A DNA stretch of 64,000 nt from positions 1 through 64,000 of the forward strand of contig JAUCBJ010000064.1 in the NCBI GenBank assembly GCA_032718475.1. The letters are read 5' to 3'. The notes beneath the pieces were generated by a model, which had not been told where the DNA came from, ran no database searches, and saw only the letters and a list, made by a program, of their open reading frames with translations. Source of the stretch: Nemertoderma westbladi (Eukaryota > Animalia > Xenacoelomorpha). Each line of letters starts with the position of its first letter. The stretch's first letter is position 1. The translations under genes and the position numbers were made by a program. Positions 47,133 to 57,670 of this stretch are shown here, in pieces.

Positions 47133-49679
47133 CTATCTGTTCCTCTGGGGATAGTTCCCCCTGGCGTCCTCTTCCCTGGGTCGTTTCTTGGTTACCACCG
47201 CTCCTCTGGGGTCCGCTTTCTGCTTTCGGACTTTCGCCGCCACCTCCCTGCTGATTCCGGTTGTTGGCTCCTTGGGCGCTGGTGTTATTAGTGCCCGATA
47301 TCGCTTCGCCGGTGGCCCCTCAGAGTGGCCCTGTTGTCTCCCTCTGGTGGCGTCCCATAGGATCATTTTCATTGCTTGCGGCACGTGTTCCGCCAAGAAA
47401 TCCCTAAACTCCCCTCGGTTCTGTGGCGTCCACCTGTCCAAATATCTTTGTGTGTTCATCACTCCGGCATAAGACGCTGCCGTTGCTACCTCTTGATAGG
47501 TAAACGGTAGCCTCTGCTTTATGATTTCCATGTGAGCCTCCTGATTGATAAGGAAGAAACCCCACTTGAACTCCTGGGCCTTCATGCGCTGGCGCGTCAT
47601 AGCCCCGACGTCGGCCCACTCCTCGAATCTCCTAAACTTCTTCTCGTCGTCCATCCAGTCGCACTGGCGTCTGAAGTGTCCCCGAAAGTTGCACTTTGGA
47701 CATCGGTTATGCAACCGTGGACACGCCCCCATCCTGTGGCTCGGCTCTCGGCAGTAGAGACAAAAGGTTCCCTTTTGGAACCGGTACAAGCAGCTCCTTT
47801 CCTGGTGGGTCTGCATCCCACAGTAGTCGCAGCCGAGTACCAATGTCTCCCGCCCCACGTCGTCCTTCGTCCCAAGCGATCTCAGCGGTCTGTGGAGTCG
47901 CTGGTAGGCAAACTTCTCCACGTTTGTGTCTCTTTCTACATCGATCTCTCCACCCCTCTCGGGCATCGTCTCCCCGAATACTATTCGTGGTGCCGTCCCC
48001 GGTTGCTCGTCCAACCTGATAGTGCTCCCCGCGAAACCCATCGCCGGCTCCTCGTGCACCCAGGTCCGCTTGCCGGATCTGTTCCAGAAGGCCCTCGCCC
48101 CACTGGCCGTCACCACCCTACCGCCAACCCAGTCCGTGTCCGAGTGGCCTATCCTCTCGATGGGCGGCATCTCTCCGAACTCGTCGTCGTCCTCCTCCTC
48201 CTCTGGCAGTGGCTTCAACCCCGGTATCCCGATGAATCCACTATGTCCCTTCCCGCCTTGGCTCTCGCCCGTAGCTCTCCATCCCTCTAGTTCCCTTAAC
48301 TTCCTTGGCGGTTGGTCGCCTTCGGCGCCCGCTGGTATGGGCATCTCTCGCAACCCCGACGTCGACTGTTTCGGTGATTCCACCATCCATCCCAGTTCTC
48401 GCCCTAGAGACTCCCCCGAACTCGCTGACAAAGTCCAATGAAGTTCGTCTAGGCCTGCCTGTTCCTCGAAGCCGTAACTCTGCATCCTGGCCTCCTCTTC
48501 CCTCTCCTCTGCTTCTATCCTCTCCCTTCTAGCGACTTCTTCCAGTCGCTTTACTTCTCGTCTATCCGTCTCTAGCTGCTCCCATCTCTGATACGGCGTA
48601 TCTGTCTCCCCGTCTACCAGATGTCGGCTGTTGTAGTACACCGACTCGCCCTTCAGCCCCGGGTGGTCTACCAGACCGTCGAAGGCAACTTTAAAGGCTC
48701 TCCTGTAGCTTAGGGGTGATCCCGATAACAGAAATGCTGCTGGTTCCCTCTCGATAACCACGGTCATGAATAAGTTAAGCAAACTTATCATCATCCAGTC
48801 CTCCTGCAGGATATATCGCTTCTGATATACCTTTATCGCTCCCCTGCGGAATTGATATACCTCTTGCTTTCCCGGTCTCGCTCCCCACTTTAGCGAGTTC
48901 GCTAGTTCTGCTCCATATTCTTCCCTGAACTTCCCCCAGTCCATCGGTTTGTGGCACATGAGCCCCAATAGCTGGCCCATTGCCACCGCCCCGCATTGGC
49001 CTGTGTTTTCGACTACCCCCAACCCATCCGGTGCCGTCATAGCCATGAAGACCTTCTGAATATCCAGGAGGTTGGTGGCGTCCGGACCGATGATTCTCTC
49101 CGCATCCTCGCGAATCGCCGATCCCACTTTCGTCGTCGACTCTTCTCTTACCAGGACTTGTACCGCTTTCGGCAACCGGTTCAATTTCGGCCCGTCCTTC
49201 TTCCCATACGTTCCTAGATCAAATAGGAAGATGTCCCCATTTGGCGCGGCCAAATGTAGGACTATGGTCCTGGCCGACCCTGCCGATCCTCGTCTCGAAC
49301 CCACCTCGTCTTCCACGGTCCCCTCGTCGTCTAGGATCATATATCCTCCCCTGTTGACGGACTCTGTGAATCTCTTCCAGTCCTTTCTCGGTGATTCCCT
49401 CGGGTACTTCGGAATCCCGACCTTCGCCTCGTCCCCTTTCACCACGTAGTGGAAGTGTTGGAAGATCGCGTTGTCCAGCGACGGCGTCCCGTAGGTCCCG
49501 ACCAGCCGCTGTTCGTGCATCTCCCGGAAGTGATCCTGCAGCGCTCGTGCCACGTGACCCCTTTCCAACCTCTTGTAGTATCCTCTCGTCTTCTCTTCCG
49601 GATGCCTCTCGGTGAAATCCACCAGTATCTCCTTTCCTCCTGACTCCGCCTTTCTCTTTCTGATCAATTTGCTCGCCAT
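47133..49679 (-). CDS. Extra ORF3 of element B (848 aa from ATG): DEDDy-type 3'-5' exonuclease-like domain, coiled coil, three CCHC knuckles
   Basis: Uninterrupted 2.5-kb frame. YMILDDEG, VLHLAA..DIFLFDL, LPKAVQVLV....TKVGSAIREDA, NLLDIQ, YQKRYILQED; three CX2CX4HX4C at 47661-47831; basic N- and C-termini. Confidence 0.8.
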   Translation of the reverse strand: MASKLIRKRKAESGGKEILVDFTERHPEEKTRGYYKRLERGHVARALQDHFREMHEQRLVGTYGTPSLDNAIFQHFHYVVKGDEAKVGIPKYPRESPRKDWKRFTESVNRGGYMILDDEGTVEDEVGSRRGSAGSARTIVLHLAAPNGDIFLFDLGTYGKKDGPKLNRLPKAVQVLVREESTTKVGSAIREDAERIIGPDATNLLDIQKVFMAMTAPDGLGVVENTGQCGAVAMGQLLGLMCHKPMDWGKFREEYGAELANSLKWGARPGKQEVYQFRRGAIKVYQKRYILQEDWMMISLLNLFMTVVIEREPAAFLLSGSPLSYRRAFKVAFDGLVDHPGLKGESVYYNSRHLVDGETDTPYQRWEQLETDRREVKRLEEVARRERIEAEEREEEARMQSYGFEEQAGLDELHWTLSASSGESLGRELGWMVESPKQSTSGLREMPIPAGAEGDQPPRKLRELEGWRATGESQGGKGHSGFIGIPGLKPLPEEEEDDDEFGEMPPIERIGHSDTDWVGGRVVTASGARAFWNRSGKRTWVHEEPAMGFAGSTIRLDEQPGTAPRIVFGETMPERGGEIDVERDTNVEKFAYQRLHRPLRSLGTKDDVGRETLVLGCDYCGMQTHQERSCLYRFQKGTFCLYCREPSHRMGACPRLHNRCPKCNFRGHFRRQCDWMDDEKKFRRFEEWADVGAMTRQRMKAQEFKWGFFLINQEAHMEIIKQRLPFTYQEVATAASYAGVMNTQRYLDRWTPQNRGEFRDFLAEHVPQAMKMILWDATRGRQQGHSEGPPAKRYRALITPAPKEPTTGISREVAAKVRKQKADPRGAVVTKKRPREEDARGNYPQRNR

Positions 49680-50149
49680 TCCGAACACTCACTCGCTCAC
49701 CTGTAAGGTGGTGCCTTACCAAGGCGCAATACAGATGAGTGATGTATCTAAGATGTTCTGTACAGTCGGATAATGGCCTATTTCTTACTTAACTGCGCCC
49801 TTTTAGCCTAAATTATTACTAATTAATTTTGAAGCTAGTAAATACACCCTAATTTCGATTTCTGTCCGGTACTTTTATTATGTTCCAGAATAACTTTCCT
49901 AGTGTTGCCATAATTTGTAACTTTCAGCCCTATTCTATTTATTTTAGTTTTAATTCTACTGTCCTACTACTTACTATTGCCTATGGATTATTCTATTCTC
50001 TAATCCACATTCTGGCCTACTCTGTGGGCCTGTGCAGTACAGCAGTATGCGTCGTGTGGCCACACGATTTACCCAGCTGTACTCATATGCCCCCCTCTCC
50101 CTACTAACTGCTAACTAATATCTATATCCTATATACCCTTCTACCTCTT

Positions 50150-50880
50150 ACTCTCTTTCTCTAACTAACGGTACTACGTACCCTCTAACTCTCTAACTAA
50201 CTAGCGGTACCACGTACCCTCTAACTCTCTAACTAACTAGCGGTACTACGTACCCTCTAACTCTCTAACTAACTAGCAGTACTACGTACCCTCTAACCCT
50301 CTAACTAACTAGCGGTACTACGTACCCTCTAACTCTCTAACTAACTAGCGGTACTACGTACCTCCTAACTCTCTAACTAACTAGTGGTACTACGTACCCT
50401 CTAACTCTCTAACTAACTAGCGGTACTACGTACCCTCTCTAACTCTCTAACTAACTAGCTGTACTACGTACCCTCTAACTCTCTAACTAACTAGCGGTAC
50501 TACGTACCCTCTAACTCTCTAACTAACTAGGGGTACTACGTACCCTCTAACTCTCTAACTAACTAGCAGTACTACGTACCCTCTAACTCTCTAACTAACT
50601 AGCGGTACTACGTACCCTCTAACTCTCTAACTAACTAGCGGTACTACGTACCCTCTAACTCTCTAACTAACTAGCGGTACTACGTACCCTCTAACTCTCT
50701 AACTAACTAGCGGTACTACATACCCTCTAACTCTCTAACTAACTAGTGGTACTACGTACCCTCTAACTCTCTAACTAACTAGCGGTACTACGTACCTTCT
50801 AACTCTCTAACTAACTAGTGGTACTACGTACCTCCTAACTAACTGACTCTAGGTACTACGTACCTCTTAACTAACTTCTG
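50150..50880. repeat. 36-bp tandem array (~19-20 units) inside element B
   Basis: Unit CTAGCGGTACTACGTACCCTCTAACTCTCTAACTAA, period 36 (50201, 50237, ...), no spacers. Confidence 0.97.
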
Positions 50881-53800
50881 CCTACTAACTGCGTACCTAC
50901 TATGTACTATTATTTTATTTTTATTTTCTATATTTTTTTTTTTTATTTGCATGGGAAGGGCGTCTCGCCCTCAATCCCATCCCCCTCAGTCCAATGCTTG
51001 GACGACTAAACTCTTCCCCAACTCCACTAAGGTGCCTCTTCTAGCAGACAGCATTTCCCTACAGCTCTCCTGTAGGTTTTTCTGTCCTTCGCACCTATCT
51101 TACCACTTACCACCTATCACTCGGAGTAAGTGCTTACATCTCTCGCCAACCGCCATTGGTTGTTGATGATAGTATCATCCGTGACGATTACGAGATCTCC
51201 CTCTCTTAACTCCCTGTTCGGCTTCCTCCACTTGCTTCTTTTATGGAGTGTGGGTAGGTATTCTTCTACCCACCTCCTCCAATACTCTGCGCTTATTGCT
51301 ATAGCGACTTTCCAACTCTGGCGGGAGTGTATATCATCTGGGTCTACACCCCGCATATCGATGGTCGCTGGCCTTTCCATCAGAAAATGGCTAGGCGTCA
51401 GCACGTCTAGTGACTCAGGGTCATCATTCTCCGGATATAGCGGTCTGCTATTAATGATCCCCTCGCACTTCGCAAGCACTGTCCGTAAAACGTCCTCAGT
51501 GACCATGTGGGTGTTCATTAGCTTCGTCATTAGACGCTTTGAACTGCCCACCAGTCTCTCGACGCATCCTAGTGTATGTGGTGCATACGGCGTCCTTTTC
51601 TCCCACTTAACTTGTCGTCATCTCATGGTCGCCATGACTTCCTCCCCTTCCAAGATGTCCAAGGCCTCTGCCATCTCATTCTCTGCGCCCACAAAGTTTG
51701 TGCCGTTGTCGCTGTATATCACTGCGATCGTCCCACCTTTGCGGTCTCTGAACCTTTCCAAGGCATTAATGAATGCTGATGCGGTTGCATCTTGGGCGAG
51801 TTCTATCCCTACCGCCCGCGTGTTGTTACATACGAAGATGATACCGTAGCGTTTCTCCGTGTGCCGCATCACCTTGATCTTTATCGGCCCGAACATGTCC
51901 ACACCGCAATGCGTAAATGGCGGGTCGTGCTGTCTTACTCTACTCGCTGGTAGTGGCGCCATCTCTTGTATGGCTCGCTCCTTCTTCGCTCGTCGGCAGG
52001 TCTGGCACTGCCCCACCACCGCTTCTACCTTCTTCCTCAACTGTTTGACCCAAAAGGTCCTCCTTATCTCTGTGAGAGTTCTGTTGGTGCCCCCGTGCAA
52101 TATCGACTTGTGGGAGTCCCAGATAATCTGGTGAACTATTGGCGCTCCTGTTGGAATGATGATGGGTTTCGGTGGTATGATTATGCTGTTGTTGTATCCC
52201 ACCCTAGAATTCATTACTAGAATCCCGTCGTCATTAAGTTGTGGCGACAGCGCGATCAGCTCGCTGTCCCGTCGAAGGTGTTGTTGGTTACCAACGCGTT
52301 CCACCTCGTCGCCATAGTTCTTCCGTTGTTCATAGCGGATGACTGCCTTGGCCGCTCCTTCCAGATCTATGTATGTCTTGATCTTCTTGTCCTTGCCGAC
52401 TCCCGCGAGGAAATTCCCGAAGGCTCTCCAGTACGCCACTAGTTTCTTGGTCTTATACCAACTAGAACTGTAGCTGAGGAGTTTATCCGTCGGGTTATCA
52501 CACAGTTCTCGTCTTGGTTGCACGTCCCTAATCTCCCTCACCATCTGGGAGTATATCTCTTCTCCCTCTGAATCTCCTTCTTCTCCCTCTGACACTACTT
52601 CTGAGTCCGGATCCACCTTTCTCATCGGCGGCCAGGCCTCCTTATCGCTCAGAAATTGTGGCCCATGTTGCCACAATACTTCCTTCTTCAAGAAAGTGTG
52701 GCGTACCACGCCCCTCGACAACAAGTCCGCTGGGTTCTCGTCTGTTGGGCAGTAGTGCCACCTTTCCAGTTCTGTGGTCGCCCTTATTTCGTCCACTCTA
52801 TTTGCGACGAATATTGGGTATCTCGTCCTTTCGTTATGTAGCCAACCAAGCACTACCATGGAGTCCGTCCAGTAGTGTGTCTCCACTATGTTGGGAATAG
52901 TATCCACTAGGTAGGCTGTGGCTCTAACTCCTAGTCTCGCAGCTGTCAATTCTAACTTGGGAACTGATGCTGAATCTGGCGGCGTTGACTTTGCTTTGCT
53001 AAAGGCTAGTCTGGGTTTATGAGCCCCCTCTCGTTGTACTAAATAGAGTGCCGCTCCGTACGCCTCCAACGACGCATCGGAGAACATGTGTAGGTCCAGA
53101 TTCGTCATGTTCCCATCCGGGAAATACACTCGTGGCATGTTGTATGTTCCCATCTTCTCCAAGTCTCCTGTCCACTTACTCCACTGTTTCTTGATTTCCT
53201 CTGGTACCTCTACGTCCCACTCATCCTTCAATTTGTATACTCTCTTGAGTATCTGTTTCCCCGTGACTAATAATGGGGATGCTAGGCCTAGGGGATCGTA
53301 TATCCTTGCTATGTACGATACATAGCCCCTCTTCGTGTGGATGTCTGCGCCCTCCTGGCTCAGCTGATACTTCAGTTCGTCTGTCTCTCTGTTCCACACG
53401 ATTCCCAATGCCTTCTGTTGAGATTCTGTTCTCTTGTTCGCCATGTCCTGCCCTTTGGCTGTTGTGGGATTATCCATGGTCGATTCTGGCCTCTTGTCCT
53501 CTATCGCCTTGATAAATTCTTCCGAACTGGATTGGAATTTGGTCAGGTTAAAGCCGGATCCTTTTAGGATGTCGCGAACCTCGCGCCCCATGTCCAGTAT
53601 CTCCTTAACCGTATTTCCAGACTCCATTCCGTCGTCTACGTAGAAGCCGCGTCAAATCATATCGACGGCCCTACTGCTGTATCTGTCTTCCTTCCCCTTC
53701 ACTGTGTCTCTCACTGCCATAGTCGTCGTAAATGAAGACGACTTGGCCCCCATGTTTTGTACTACCATCTTATATGCCGGTATTATCGACGGTTCTTCCT

Positions 53801-55987
53801 CGCCGTTATACCATAAGAAGCGTTGACTGTCGCTATCTTCCTCCGTTACACGGACTTGGTTGAACATGCCTTCTATGTCACACGTGAAGGCGTGTTTCCC
53901 ATTTCTAAAACTAAGTAGGACCTCTATGCCTGAGTTGTATATGTTTGGGCCTTCTAACAGATAGTCGTTTAAGCATTTTCCGTTGGTCTTTGCCGATGCG
54001 TCAACCACCATCCGCAGTTTACCTTTCTTTGGGTCTAAAGCCACGTGGAGTGGCAGGTAATATGTCCTGTCCGTGTTCGGTTCGTCGACCGGTAACTCCA
54101 CGGCCCATCCTTTCTCGACGTACTTCTTAATCGTTCTGTGGATGTACTCATTCTTCTCGGGGCTCCGTTTTAGTGTTTGTTTCATCTTGCGGAGTCTCGT
54201 GAGTACCATCCCTCTATTATCGGGCAGCGGTATCTTCGGTAGTTTCCATACCATTCCTATAGTATACCGCCCCTCATCGCATGTCATCGATTCCTCCACG
54301 CTTTGTAAAGCCTGCTTGTCTTCTACCGAGGTCCCGACCCCGGTTTCTTTCAGTCCCTCGAAATCTTGTCTGAGCAGTCTTTTAAGCTGCTCCTCTGCTC
54401 CCTCATCACCCATTTCCTGCATTGTTCCCGCGAACATGCATCCTGATGTCTCCGACATCCTAAATGGTATCTTGCTCTTGATTGGGCCACTCAGCGTCCA
54501 CCCGAATGGTGTTAATATCGCCACCGGGTCACACTGCTTGTCTTCGCCGAAGACCGTTTTCATTCTTTCGTGGGCCGTTGGGCAGTCCATTCCCACTATG
54601 ATGGATACCTTCCTAACGTCCACACTTGGGATTGAGAAGTCAATGTCGTCCAGGAATTTATATTGCTCGACCTCGATGTTGGTTGGCCGCCTGGCATTGA
54701 TATTAATTGACTCTATCACTTGGATGGGGTCGATGGTTGCCCCGTAGTCGCACCCCGGTGCCACAGCTGCAATTGCGCACCGTCCTGTTCTCATCTCCAG
54801 GATCTCATCTTTGCTAGAGATGGTTGTTACCGCCATTCTGCTTGGCCTCGTTCTCAATCCTATCTCTTCGGCCACCCATTCCTCGACTAATGTGAAGGCA
54901 GCTCCACTGTCAACCAGCATTAGTGTTGTTACTGATCGATTGCCTTCCCCAATCACTCGCACGGGTACTACTCCAAGTAGCACCGTTCCTCTCTTCTTCG
55001 CCCCTTCTGTGCTCGTTGCCATCGTTTGGCCTCTCCTTTGACCGAACTTTACCGGCTTCTCCTTGTATTCCCTAGCTCTATGTCCACTCATCACACACCG
55101 TGAGCAGATTTTATTGCTCAACGCATAATCTATCTGATCTTGCCTAGATAGCGCCTGCCAGTACCTGCAGTTCATGGTTTGATGAAGCGCATTTGCGTGT
55201 AGCTGGCATTTGCTCTTTGGGTCGTAGCCCTCCTTATACAGCGCATTGCGTATCGCAGCTGCGTTTGTTCCAAAGTCCCTACTATTCTTATTGTTTGCAT
55301 TCGGCCTACTGGACGTACTGGGGTTATATTTATTCGTGTTGTTATTGTTCCCCTGTCCATTCCATGGTGTGGTCTTACCTTCGGCTACCTGTGGACTTGC
55401 AGTCCCCTGCGTCGCTGCGTATGGCAGCGATTGCCTTAGCTTTGGTAATGCGTTTGATGTATTATGCTCTGGTTTCGGTCTATGGTAATCCGTCTTTGGT
55501 CCCTTTCCCAGGCTATCTTCGCTATAGACTGGGTCGGTTATTAGTTCTGCTTCGTAGTTTAGGAAGTTTGACATTTCTTCTAAACCCGGTTCCGCACCCT
55601 TTCTATCTCGAGTGGTGAAGGCGATTTTCCTCCACTTGTTGCGCAGCCGGATCGGTAGTGCCTGCACTATCGTGGTGATGTTATTGGACGCGTTGAGCTC
55701 GTATGGCGCGTCTAGCGTCTTTAGCACGATTAGCGCCTTTTCGACTTTGTTAGCAAATGTCTTAATGCTAACCCGATGTTATGCCTCTCAGTGTTTGCCT
55801 GATGATCTTGGCCGGGTGCCCGTATTCCCTGTCCAGTGCCCGCCATGCTGTCGTGAAGCCGCCCTCTATGCCTTGATATTGCCTCACGATATCGTATGCT
55901 GGGCCTCCCATGTATACTTGGAGATATTTTAGGCACTCCGCCTGCGTTAAGTTCTTTGTTAGTATTTCGTTACTGTACATACGCCGA

Positions 55988-56115
55988 GCACCAGTTAAAT
56001 AACTGGGAGCAAAACTTGGGATAGGAGTAGCGCCCACCCCTACCCTCGGGTAGCAGCTATCGAAAGAGGAGCCTTCGGTTCGCCTCCGGCCTCGGCCGAC
56101 TGTTTGCTTTTTGCT
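55988..56115 (+). mobile_element. 128-bp retroposed insertion in gag with a 12-bp TSD
   Basis: TACATACGCCGA at 55976-55987 and 56116-56127; insert ends in TGTTTGCTTTTTGCT; removing it restores EEYLQFRRMYSNEIL. Confidence 0.8.
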
Positions 56116-57491
56116 TACATACGCCGAAACTGTAGATATTCTTCCGGCCTACTCCCATCGAATTTGAATGGTTCCACGGGCGGTAATTCGATCCTCGTTT
56201 TCAACGCATCGATTAACGTGGCCATCCCCATCGCCTGCGCTTCCAATGGGTTCGATGGGTGTTGTATGGTTTCTCCCGTCTGGTGCTGTCGGTCCGTCCT
56301 ATTTCCTGATTTCCTTTGACTTGGGTATGTCATTGGGGGTAGCGGCCCCCTCCATATTTCTGTGTCACACGACCTATTTTCATCCAAGGGACTCGCTGTC
56401 CTTGCTCCTATCGGGGTATATTGTTGATATTGTGATGGGGGAATGTCACCCTGTCCCCCCCCACCAGTATGTTTGGTACTGGGGTTGATGTTAATATATT
56501 GGGGCCCATGCATCTATCCGCAATAATTCCCCCCTCCCCTGGGTATATGTTATATCCTTTGGTGCTGTAGTCATACTGCTGCACTGGTACCGGTATAGGC
56601 CTATCCGCTTCTGGCCTACCTACCGGAATGTATTCCGCGACTTCCGGGTTTAATCCCGTCGTCCGCGCTATCCTATCGCCTACATTGCCTCTGTCAGCAT
56701 GGCCTATGGTATGTGCAGTAAGGCCTACAGTATGTCCTACAGTCTGTATGTGTTGCTCGGGATCGAAGTTTATTCTTCTCGAATAATCCTCCCCGCGGCT
56801 ACCGTATTCTCGATCGGCAGGCATATCCCGTCGGAAAGTTTCTCTTCGACCCCCTCTACTGCTCTCATCTTCGTGCCGGTACATCATGTACCCCTCTCTC
56901 GACGCTTAGTGCGCCTCGTCGGGTCGCGTCTCTCCGGGGCGACGGCAATCTCCCGTAGTTCGACTCCAGCGACTCTCTCCTTCCATCTCAACTACCGACG
57001 GCTCACTATCCGTCCTCGCTCTTCTATCGTTTGCGGCGATACTTCTCCTACCGTCTTCTCTTCTTCTTCTATCAGTGCAGTATTCCCGCTCGTGAGATCT
57101 CTCGTCGACCTCCCGGTTAAACTCCACTGTTCTTATTCCCTCTTCTGATCGGGCTCGACGCTCCGTCCGCCCTCTCGCGACGTCAACCTGCCTCTCTCTG
57201 CTCGATCGCACGCCACTGGGGATACTCGCGATCCCCCTATTACTCTCCGTCGCCGGGTGTTGCGGTTTACCTACTTCGGCCCGCGCATTATCCGTTGACG
57301 CCTGCGGGGCACTCTCTGCCCCCCCCCCCCCCTTTCGCCGCTAACTTGCTGTTGTGGGGTTCCTGTAATCCCCCCCCCATTCGCCACATCTAACTTCGCT
57401 ATCTCTCGCTCCGCTGCTATATCCCTCTCTAGTCGACACATCAACCCTACAGCGGCTGGGTCCATTCACCCCCGCCCCTCCCTCTGCTATT

Positions 57492-57670
57492 GTGTGGCCT
57501 ACCAGGCCCTCTACTCCCTGCCTACCAACTACGTGGCCTACCAGGCCCTCTACTCCCTGCCTACCAACTACGTGGCCTACCAGGCCCTCTACTCCCTGCC
57601 TACCAGCTACGTGGCCTACCAGGCCCTCTACTCCCTGCCTACCAGCTACGTGGCCTGCCAGGCCCTCTTC
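57492..57670. repeat. 39-bp coding tandem repeat (~4.5 copies) in the gag region
   Basis: GTGGCCTACCAGGCCCTCTACTCCCTGCCTACCA(A/G)CTAC; reads GHV(A/V)GRQGVEGLV on the minus strand. Confidence 0.95.

Noticed and set aside
47133-49679. ORF3 as an envelope glycoprotein
   Set aside because: No signal peptide or clear transmembrane anchor; it has nuclease-like and zinc-knuckle motifs instead.
50150-50880. 36-bp repeats resembling a CRISPR array
   Set aside because: Units are contiguous with no unique spacers, there are no cas genes, and the context is a eukaryotic retrotransposon.
55988-56115. Possible ribozyme in the nested insert
   Set aside because: No hammerhead core (CUGANGA...GAAA) on either strand, and no HDV-like fold could be supported by eye.
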